From positions 1-16,026 of the forward strand of contig CAYZSS010000012.1 of the NCBI GenBank assembly GCA_964480435.1: a stretch of DNA of 16,026 bases, in the 5' to 3' direction. Within the stretch, counting starts at the first letter, position 1; each line of letters starts with the position of its first letter. Positions 9,801 to 14,830 of the stretch are shown here, in pieces. The notes beneath the pieces are model-generated. The model was not told the DNA's origin. It did not search any database and was given only the letters and a program-made list of their open reading frames with translations. The position numbers were made by a program, and so were the translations under genes. Source of the DNA: an uncultured archaeon. GTDB lineage: Archaea > Iainarchaeota > Iainarchaeia > Iainarchaeales > 0-14-0-20-30-16.

Positions 9801-11097
9801 CAGGGCTTTGCTTTATTGGTTTTAAAGTAACAGAATAAGCACTTTCAGAAGGAATCAAATTATCCATTTCTTCTAACATATAATTTTCTGCATCTATTAC
9901 AAATCTATAAATATATGCCGCATCTCCAACTGGGTATTCATAATATCCCACGCTTTTCAGTTGTCCTGCTGCCTCTTCAATATTATTTTTATAAACTTTG
10001 ATTACAGCTTGTTCAATTGGATTTCCCAAAGTATCTTTAATATTTACTTTTATTAGACCTACTGTTTTTTTACTCAACTGCACAGTTGCTGAAATGGTTT
10101 CATCTATCCCCACAGAAGTAGTAAAACCATTTTCTTGTACGTAAGGAGTATATGTGTTTTCTGAAGCATACACACCTTCAAGATCAGTTACAATAAGATA
10201 ATATTCAATATTTGCAGGTACTTCTAACTCTACAACTCCAGATGCTTGAGTTATTCCTGATGTTGCTGAAGAGTCATATTCAGTATCCATTGCTTTTACT
10301 GTTGCATTTGCTTTTGGGTTTCCATCAATATCTAATACTGTTACTACTATCTTTCCAAATCCCTCTGATTTTTCAGAAACAAATAAGTATGGAGCTACAT
10401 CATCCAAAGAGAAAGATTCTGAAGCATAATCCGGTGATGACAGAATAACAACCAAATTACCACAATCAGTAGCAATATTATCCACTGTTGCTTGTCCATC
10501 AGTAGTACTAATATTTGCGAAAAAACTTCCATTTTCTGTACAAGTAGCAGTACCATTTATTTGACCGCTAAAAAAAGTTTGCTTTGTTGCATCTGAACTA
10601 TCATAAAAAAATACTGTCTTGGATATAAGTCCGCCAACATAATTTAAATCAATAATTTCTTGTTGCCCATTTTCTTTAATGGTCACGGTATCTTCTAAAA
10701 GGTTATAATTTGGATCTAAAATGGATAAAGGTATTACACTCCCCACATCCCCAACAAAAGAAAGTTTTCCACTATCGTCTGTTTTTATTGTAAGAGTGCT
10801 ATCAGCAAGAATAAGATCTACACTCAAGCCACTAACCAGCATATTCCTAGTGGTATCCTTAAATGTTAAGCTTACTGTTGCCTGGGCCGGAGCAAAGCCC
10901 GCAGTTAAAGCATATATTCCTACTGCAATTAATGCAAGTATTATTAAACAAAAAACTAAAAAAACAGGAAAACCCGCTACTCCTTTATTATGAAGCCAGT
11001 CATCAACTTTGTATAAGGCGATTCCTTTTGAATCTAGCCAATCCAAAAAATTGTAATATTTTTCTTCCAAATTATAGTATATATCTTTCAGACCCAT
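3877..11097 (-). CDS. Giant signal-anchored surface protein, paralog A (~2406 aa), with multiple prealbumin/CarboxypepD_reg-like beta-sandwich repeats
   Basis: Single uninterrupted ORF. The track start at 11106 is a GTG. The ATG at 11097 gives MGLKDIYYNLEEKYYNFLDWLDSKGI, which aligns with the paralog start, and is preceded by GTGAT plus 4 nt. TM helix: FPVFLVFCLIILALIAVGIYALTAGF. Recurrent strand-D-x-x-G-x-P-x-x-x-A-x-V modules: VVTVLDIDGNPKANATVKAM, IKVNIKDTLGNPIEQAVIKVYK, VMVSGTDNEPVYNASVQLFN, MIKTINKDFLPVQGAEVNVYN, LKVMDLDANEAIVDALVNVYI. There is no C-terminal TM or sorting signal. The repeat family is assigned by pattern only. Confidence 0.85.
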   Translation of the reverse strand: MGLKDIYYNLEEKYYNFLDWLDSKGIALYKVDDWLHNKGVAGFPVFLVFCLIILALIAVGIYALTAGFAPAQATVSLTFKDTTRNMLVSGLSVDLILADSTLTIKTDDSGKLSFVGDVGSVIPLSILDPNYNLLEDTVTIKENGQQEIIDLNYVGGLISKTVFFYDSSDATKQTFFSGQINGTATCTENGSFFANISTTDGQATVDNIATDCGNLVVILSSPDYASESFSLDDVAPYLFVSEKSEGFGKIVVTVLDIDGNPKANATVKAMDTEYDSSATSGITQASGVVELEVPANIEYYLIVTDLEGVYASENTYTPYVQENGFTTSVGIDETISATVQLSKKTVGLIKVNIKDTLGNPIEQAVIKVYKNNIEEAAGQLKSVGYYEYPVGDAAYIYRFVIDAENYMLEEMDNLIPSESAYSVTLKPIKQSPELSVMVSGTDNEPVYNASVQLFNVEKDSLLTTKTTDLAGGVSFNNLSAGKSYYVKVVKGSFSSDSQPIILSGKIENKIAVKLNIGSGDLMIKTINKDFLPVQGAEVNVYNVFTDAKENSSALYTDETGSVYYTLRADKVVYLKVTKDDSVFVSLPIQAIADSTKEVTAYIYDKATNLGLDLVAVYDSQGNSIESNPKPIVMGEEYTGYFIFRVPEGLAYDEMGVFFKADDALILEKSQMYIKSVEFFNGTSKLGTTYTPPNGTANDMQNLSANEGLWGMSSTTKVAPGNYLVKVSFGSVTAEKSLLSLNYRVWLKKGSTYLREPFDSELGTSGSADKDGLYAKTNKIPLSLGNKVCSGAICSDIVVTGDGVKQKIVDTFFAKLNGIYNIDISMLSISPKEYNNATLIIESPNKGIDFKVKNMVLGGKAISAGNTAGQVKALGINVNSAFSLTSSLEFSVMKEGLNIIKISIVGDDGTLVYERSLTVDVSESEELFADLVPGMIVPYLENDLSLKVMDLDANEAIVDALVNVYIDDKLMTSLRTDYSGFALFKVPALSLGTKVMLQVMASGYKKLEKEVIVSENILLTDVPELNFTIDRSIKDYVEGSFNVTNLTPLKLKITNIYLTEGEYKDFVKFEFKKNYVNMFLTGETSSMDLEYKVSLTEGKNLLEPKEFESKMIIELAVAGLDYKWKMELPVKVYIKLAGGLDSTDCLRLTPITETEDELWQILVSGDKEKTSMSFEIDNSCTVNGNDVYLYNPTVELVWKGTVLGDFFLDSKKLSKKSIAIYSEDGTYANSLGSGLTETSIDFISLGDLVSGKSGVTLRLKAVNPTDSGLQDIQAEAQAQVVVSILTKCLQVVSSQGSGTQVNGVPVVTLGVNQYGGMGMTGLGSGMSSVLGSGLLQNNNNSNISSSGYLNAVGSGLNNTPGAVAAQNSALLALNPNLAMQTQGTNSTLLQQQLLLAQGGQSTLGLNYNNGSLPSVAQLQIRNTCEFPAEISLQAMSQLWLDNPSFTLNAGQTQSFNITATSMVGQYAVYVSAGVNRGLMTTIAQIPVIVRDFANEISNDCFVFEGGKTIDFTGAGITSGAIKQVKMWNKCYARGLTMDKAEPVAYHNLEAVDEITGQAQGTYYATATVVESPQADTIDGVMAEQFMVLFTKNLDILKAGQEIPETPDSVSGDIDQLSALRVVAGQTQTLVKMPALLTFKYNLSYNPKSTSILVYVQDKANWLGLASKLSGRYLEGDPTCGPDKWKSYIPLSTGDNQITINVPITIKNDMFVNNVFVYPQSGEVEILTISVNCFGSLDEVRYYGNLEFEQKVDNDAVIKVKVIPGTNGQTLTITFTKPEALKKGSHPVKVEFQGEVVKKGYNKTKVYNFTINATVFGDDNVEQSSSVKTNEQIKKEGEGKGGDGTGTGAGTAGSTTECNSLYGNKGIYLDNSAYPDIKYTWETKDLVSGFCDTKEDPYNGSGYFCDQYQFTVALVRKSGGLGTLFGSQNTLSEAIKAKLENNKLTTAQVKLNENRLLEYIGYLGGYDSEISALKTAMELMKNGSYDLSKAKTALDSMNSCYFSSAEGACATGEHPDKDRFYVRLDGAANCAFATEQAATNPNMLKVGSNCYLKMTDILSTTWDSKKKELAKAIALGQTVMVFYANDPFTALEIERLIVALKAAGGSGVGDLTADMLRNAQFRANLMPGNYSAEYYGGLSSVPATYTIDSALGKIVKLKSGLSVSKAGTYYIQIEKATDGNYVFVPILIAGTEKTEKLYNFPFEYPVQKGRTINFIGTGLPTGEKMTIQALTAGTTTTNKYSVVTNDLTRLFRGTVFELTADKVYNNQGIFYLPLLTSDLSKVKGIAIQESTGNLEISWVPKGSIVTPSIMVKSGEASGEFTSVMYSSTKKSWEGISTATRNILKYKLSTGDYSGDLIKNAMPAYLDLGYVGILDAFKDTSRSVSKYCISSTESSIKIWANDTWAMGTN

Positions 11098-11120
11098 ATC
11101 AATCACACAAATATATTTTA

Positions 11121-11143
11121 TATGTTGTTAAATACACAACATA
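11121..11143 (-). promoter_or_regulatory. Perfect 8-bp stem / 7-nt loop hairpin just upstream of the SD of the giant gene
   Basis: tatgttgt (11121-11128) and acaacata (11136-11143) are exact reverse complements. The hairpin lies 15 nt upstream of the GTGAT SD. An oligo-T run (minus strand, 11171..11166) and a TATA-like TAATATATATAAATATT (11160..11144) lie further upstream. Confidence 0.3.
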
Positions 11144-11219
11144 AATATTTATATATATTAACCTTAAAAAAGATATGTTATTTTTTACTTAGTTTTTCTA
11201 TTTTTTCTATTAGTTTTAA

Positions 11220-12671
11220 CTATGACACAAGAGTTAAAGTACCCGATGTAGGAGATACTGTTTCATAAACACAATTTTTTGTGGTTGCTCCAGTAAGCGG
11301 ATTAAAAGGTATTGCTGATTTTCCTCTTGCATATTCTCTATTATCAAGCTCAACACTAAAATTGTATTCTATTGCATTTCCAAAAGTAAATATAGAGCTT
11401 TCATCCTTTATTTTGAAAGAAATCACAATATTATCCAAATAATTACAGGGGACCTCAACCAAAGAAAAGTCAGTTGCAGAAATAGTTTTATAAAATTCAG
11501 CCTCTCCAAAATTCAAAGTAAATTCAAAATCATCATCAACAAAAGAAACATCAGTTAAACCTTTATGATATGCAATATTATTAAATTTATCTTCAAGCAC
11601 AGTCTGCATTGCGGACTTAATATTTTCCCTAGATAAGGAAGTTGGATTTGAGTTGGATTTATTAAAAGTAAATTTCGTGTTGATTCCAGGTAAAGAAACA
11701 CCTATATCACAATCAGTTTCCCCTAATTGCCCAGTATAACATTTAATATCATTTGAGTTAGTCCAGCACTCTGACTTACAATCCCCTACATACAAATCTC
11801 TAAATTTAGAATTTATAAATTCCTTGGCTTCAAAATCTTTTATTGTTTCCAGGAATGATGAGATTGCCCCAAAAATCCTAAGAGGCACATAAATAGTTGT
11901 TTTATTTCTTGGCAAAATTGCATCATCAACACTTGCCTGATCAATATATCTGTAAATCATAATACGCAAAATTTTCTCATATTCCCCAACATCACTTAAG
12001 TTAGATAAATCAATAGGAATGTAAAAAGAGCCATTTTTACAACTATTAGGGGTAACCCCGGATCCAGACTTATCACAATCAACCAATTCTAACAACCTGG
12101 CGCCACCCTCTGTAGAATTCTGAATTGCTTTGTGCACAGTATCAGTAGTAGTACTTGATTGCAAATTAGGAATAGTGTCTAAATTATACAGGTCAACCAC
12201 ATTAGACCCAACCATCTGCGTTGGGTCATAAATAAAAAATCTATATGCTATTTTGTAATCCCCGGAAAAATGTTCCATTTGAGTAATATATACATTTGTA
12301 AAAAAGTTTGCCACCGGCGAGCTTTCATTTGTTCCAATAAATTTAACTTTTTCAAAAGTTTGGGTTTGATCCGACCAAGATTTGTTAATATCCAAAATAT
12401 ATAAGTTATCGGTACTATCAGTAGCATCAAAATACTCTGCCATTTTTTTAACCAGAACAAGACTAACAAAACTGTAGCTATCTAATCTCAGAATATCTTT
12501 TAGAGTGTTAAGCTCCGTTTGCGACTGCACAGTAGTAAATATTTTACTATAATTTGCTTCACTATTATCAAGATGTTGCATAACCAGCACAGTAATGCCA
12601 ATCACAATAAAGCCAACAAGAGCGGTAAAAAGAGTAAAACCCCTTTTTCCCCTCAAATTAAAATTTAGCAT
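11220..12671 (-). CDS. Secreted 483-aa protein with a class III (type IV pilin/archaellin-like) signal peptide
   Basis: The N-terminus MLNFNLRGKRG|FTLFTALVGFIVIGITVLVM has a basic n-region, Gly at -1 and a hydrophobic stretch, which fits the prepilin-peptidase substrate pattern. It lacks the bacterial Glu+5. The remainder is Cys-containing and rich in N-x-S/T sequons, as expected for an extracellular protein. I recognise no other domain. Confidence 0.6.
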   Translation of the reverse strand: MLNFNLRGKRGFTLFTALVGFIVIGITVLVMQHLDNSEANYSKIFTTVQSQTELNTLKDILRLDSYSFVSLVLVKKMAEYFDATDSTDNLYILDINKSWSDQTQTFEKVKFIGTNESSPVANFFTNVYITQMEHFSGDYKIAYRFFIYDPTQMVGSNVVDLYNLDTIPNLQSSTTTDTVHKAIQNSTEGGARLLELVDCDKSGSGVTPNSCKNGSFYIPIDLSNLSDVGEYEKILRIMIYRYIDQASVDDAILPRNKTTIYVPLRIFGAISSFLETIKDFEAKEFINSKFRDLYVGDCKSECWTNSNDIKCYTGQLGETDCDIGVSLPGINTKFTFNKSNSNPTSLSRENIKSAMQTVLEDKFNNIAYHKGLTDVSFVDDDFEFTLNFGEAEFYKTISATDFSLVEVPCNYLDNIVISFKIKDESSIFTFGNAIEYNFSVELDNREYARGKSAIPFNPLTGATTKNCVYETVSPTSGTLTLVS

Positions 12672-12692
12672 TATTATGTAACTGGATTAATG

Positions 12693-12700
12693 TTTATAAA
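12693..12700 (-). promoter_or_regulatory. TATA-box candidate for the pilin-like gene (leaderless geometry)
   Basis: The minus strand reads TTTATAAA, with 21 nt between the box and the ATG at 12671 (centre about -26). There is no SD motif in between. Confidence 0.45.
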
Positions 12701-12812
12701 GATTTAGAAAACATGGTTATTGTTTTTAAACCTTTTCCCTGTATGAAAATATAAGTATAAAGTAGAATATCCTAAACGAAGTTTATGGATATGGTCTGTT
12801 TTAGCAGACGGT

Positions 12813-12828
12813 GCCTTTTTTAAAAGGC
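12813..12828. repeat. Palindrome GCCTTTT-TT-AAAAGGC immediately upstream of the tRNA
   Basis: 7-bp arms, read directly. A near-identical palindrome lies at 13001-13017. Confidence 0.8.
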
Positions 12829-12832
12829 TCGA

Positions 12833-12906
12833 GGTCGTGTAGCTCAGCCCGGTTGAGCAGTGGTCTTATACGCCAAAGGTCGCAGGTTCAAATCCTGCCT
12901 CGACCA
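12833..12906 (+). tRNA. tRNA-Ile, anticodon UAU (74 nt, no intron, no encoded CCA)
   Basis: Manual cloverleaf: acceptor GGTCGTG/CTCGACC (one U6-U67 mismatch), D arm GCTC-AGCCCGGTT-GAGC, anticodon arm GTGGT-CTTATAC-GCCAA (27-43 G-A mismatch, 31-39 U-G), variable AGGTC, T arm GCAGG-TTCAAAT-CCTGC, discriminator A. The anticodon TAT is at 12867-12869, with U33 and A37. Confidence 0.75.
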
Positions 12907-12910
12907 TTAT

Positions 12911-12928
12911 GTGGGTTTTTAAACCCAC
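12911..12928 (+). terminator. Hairpin with an internal T5 run just after the tRNA; possible tRNA transcript terminator
   Basis: GTGGGTTT-TT-AAACCCAC begins 5 nt after the tRNA 3' end. TTTTT is at 12916-12920. Confidence 0.3.
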
Positions 12929-13000
12929 AAAGTCCAGAAGGACTAAGAAGTTTTCGCAACTAAGAAAGCTTTTTGCGAAGGCAAAAGATTATTCTTACTT

Positions 13001-13017
13001 GCCTTTTCTTAAAAGGC
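13001..13017. repeat. Palindrome GCCTTTT-CTT-AAAAGGC, second copy
   Basis: Same 7-bp arms as 12813-12828. It lies 53 nt upstream of the ATG at 13070 and upstream of the TATA candidate. Confidence 0.8.
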
Positions 13018-13038
13018 AGAAAGCCACTTTTTACTGCT

Positions 13039-13050
13039 ATTTTTAAATAA
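13039..13050 (+). promoter_or_regulatory. TATA-box candidate for the 13070 operon (leaderless geometry)
   Basis: ATTTTTAAATAA is centred about 25 nt upstream of ATG 13070, with no SD motif in between. Confidence 0.4.
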
Positions 13051-13069
13051 TTACGCACATAAATTTAAT

Positions 13070-14125
13070 ATGCAAGATCTTAATGAGTTTATTTTGTCTA
13101 ATAAGTGGCTTAGCAAAGTAAGAGGTAACAACAAAGCACTAGCTTTTTCTTTAAGATATCTTGGGGAATTAAAATACCTGCCAAAATATTACAAAAAGCC
13201 AATAGACATAATACTTATACCACAAAACAAAAAATTAATCAAACAAGTTCTTACAAAAACAGAAACAGAATTTCACAATATCACTTTAGATTTTTTTACT
13301 AGCCACTATTTTGAAAATTTAATAATTAAAGACCAAGCACTACTTAAAGAACTAGATAATATAAAAATAAATAAAACTAATTTTGATAACATTTCAGAAA
13401 AATTTATGTTACATGAATCAAACGCAATGCAAATTGTTTCTTTTGGAATAGTTGCAAACAAAAATTCACAACTAATAAATAGCGTGGATGTTCAAATTAC
13501 ATTGAAAGCACATGATTCTTGGAGAAATTCAATTTTTGTTTATGAAGAGAGATTTTTTAAACAGCTGCAAAAATATTTGGATTCTGAATTTGGTACAGGA
13601 AAAAACATCATTAAATTTATTACCCTTCCTGAGTTAAAACAAAAAACAAAAACAGAACTTAAAAAAATTATTTCTGAAAGACAAAAATCAAATTGTATTT
13701 ATTATGGCATAAATAAAGAATTTGGTACTATTACAAATAAGGTCCAAATTAAAAAAATTACAGCCTATTTATCAATAAAAGATATTAGTAAAGAAATTAA
13801 AGGAAATACAACCTATCTTTCTAAATCAATAGAAGGAGAAGCAATAGTTATAAAAACCCATAAAGATCTAAAAAAAATAACCCCTGAAAAATTAAAAAAT
13901 AAAATATTAATTACACATCAAACCTGCCCTCATTTTATTCCTTATCTAAAAAATGTAATTGGAATAGTCACTGATGAGGGGGGAATAACCTGCCACGCAG
14001 CAATATTATCAAGAGAGTTAAAGATCCCTTGCATAATTGGAACACAAAACGCAACAAAAAAAATAAAAACAGGACAAAAAATAAAAATGGATTTAGACAA
14101 AGGAGAAATAGTTATTTTAAATTAA
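13070..14125 (+). CDS. Protein with a PEP-utilizing-enzyme mobile (phosphohistidine swivel) domain and an uncharacterised ~250-aa N-terminal region
   Basis: The C-terminus ILITHQTCPHFIPYLKNVIGIVTDEGGITCHAAILSRELKIPCIIGTQNATKKIKTGQKIKMDLDKGEIVIL matches the PPDK/PEP synthase/Enzyme I swivel-domain signature GG-x-T-S/C-H-AA-I-x-x-R-E-L-x-IP, with the phospho-accepting His retained. I recognise no ATP-grasp or PEP/pyruvate-binding domain. Confidence 0.75.
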   Translation: MQDLNEFILSNKWLSKVRGNNKALAFSLRYLGELKYLPKYYKKPIDIILIPQNKKLIKQVLTKTETEFHNITLDFFTSHYFENLIIKDQALLKELDNIKINKTNFDNISEKFMLHESNAMQIVSFGIVANKNSQLINSVDVQITLKAHDSWRNSIFVYEERFFKQLQKYLDSEFGTGKNIIKFITLPELKQKTKTELKKIISERQKSNCIYYGINKEFGTITNKVQIKKITAYLSIKDISKEIKGNTTYLSKSIEGEAIVIKTHKDLKKITPEKLKNKILITHQTCPHFIPYLKNVIGIVTDEGGITCHAAILSRELKIPCIIGTQNATKKIKTGQKIKMDLDKGEIVILN

Positions 14126-14141
14126 ATACGGATGTGATGTT

Positions 14142-14825
14142 ATGCCACCAAAAAAAATAAGTTCTACACATACTAGACTATTAAAAATATCAGATGGGAT
14201 GTCAATTATTGCAAGACACAGTATTCCAGACACAACAACTCAAAAAAAATGGCTTACACGAGGAGGAGAACAACAAGCCTACTGGGCTGGTCAAAACTTA
14301 CCCCCCGGTTTTAAATTAGAAGTATTAGCCGCCAAAGCAGCAAGGGCACAAAATACAGGGCACATCGCAGAAAAAGGATATGCAGACGCGGGAATCCCAA
14401 AACAAAAAACTAAACCAACATATAAATCAAGTTTAGAGAAAATATTATCTTCTTTTGATTTTAGAGACCCAATAGAAAAATTAAAAATAGGGGGCGAAGC
14501 AGTCATAACAGACCTAACTCAAAGAGTATATGCCGGAATTGGCAAAAAAGAAAAACCACTTATACTTTCAATTACACATGACGGAGCAGTATATGCGATT
14601 CTTTCTGCATTACGAATAATAAACGAAAAAGAAGACCTTGAAGCAAAGTTTGGAAAAAGAAAACCAACAAAAATGCTAAAAGACACAGACGCAGCTATTG
14701 CACCCACAGAAGGAATTTTATTCTATTTTTTAAATGAAAAAAATGGAAAAAGAGTAATCCTTTCATTTAGAAGACAAAGATACGATGTAACAGCAGAAAT
14801 AAAAAGAATCTTAGCCAAGAAATAA
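14142..14825 (+). CDS. Histidine phosphatase superfamily (phosphoglycerate mutase-like) protein with an RHS variant of the RHG motif
   Basis: Motifs occur in canonical order: IIARHS (RHG-like), LTRGGEQQAYWAGQNL (LT-x-x-G-x-x-QA), ARAQNTGHI (RA-x-x-T) and LSITHDGAVYAIL (second catalytic His, H-G/D-G). The SD-like GTGAT lies 3 nt upstream of the ATG, 16 nt after the upstream stop. Confidence 0.6.
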   Translation: MPPKKISSTHTRLLKISDGMSIIARHSIPDTTTQKKWLTRGGEQQAYWAGQNLPPGFKLEVLAAKAARAQNTGHIAEKGYADAGIPKQKTKPTYKSSLEKILSSFDFRDPIEKLKIGGEAVITDLTQRVYAGIGKKEKPLILSITHDGAVYAILSALRIINEKEDLEAKFGKRKPTKMLKDTDAAIAPTEGILFYFLNEKNGKRVILSFRRQRYDVTAEIKRILAKK

Positions 14826-14830
14826 ATTTA

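Noticed and set aside
3877-11097. A hidden enzymatic domain (protease, nuclease or glycosidase) within the giant protein
   Set aside because: Reading the translation, I could not find a convincing catalytic motif. The content is repeats, linkers and an unassigned C-terminal domain. This is a limit of by-eye analysis, not proof of absence.
11098-11106. GTG start at 11106 (MID extension) for the giant gene
   Set aside because: The GTGAT here is better read as the SD for the ATG at 11097. The paralog begins directly at the aligned MGL.
4067-11144. Plus-strand ORFs nested in the giant gene: 4067..4294, 7076..7540, 7422..7652, 8390..8845, 8847..9062, 10212..10448, 10721..10993, 10863..11144
   Set aside because: All are antisense shadows of the 7.2-kb ORF. 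Their sequences are Leu/Phe/Pro-rich and have no recognisable motifs. The 150-aa examples are explained by the codon bias of the opposite strand.
12248-12469. 73-aa minus-strand ORF inside the pilin-like gene
   Set aside because: It is an alternative frame fully nested in the 483-aa CDS, with no independent initiation signal.
12816-12825. The T6A4 core of the upstream palindrome as the tRNA TATA box
   Set aside because: It is centred only about 12 nt from the mature tRNA 5' end, too close for the canonical spacing of about 25 nt. A promoter further upstream (for example around 12751-12770) is at least as likely, and I could not decide between them.
12813-13017. The flanking palindromes as att sites of an integrated element at a tRNA
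   Set aside because: They bracket the tRNA itself rather than an island. The repeat does not overlap the tRNA 3' end, and there is no integrase, transposase or other mobile-element gene in the window.
14291-14707. Minus-strand ORFs 14291..14506 and 14519..14707
   Set aside because: They are antisense to the histidine-phosphatase-family CDS, which carries ordered family motifs. The antisense ORFs carry none.
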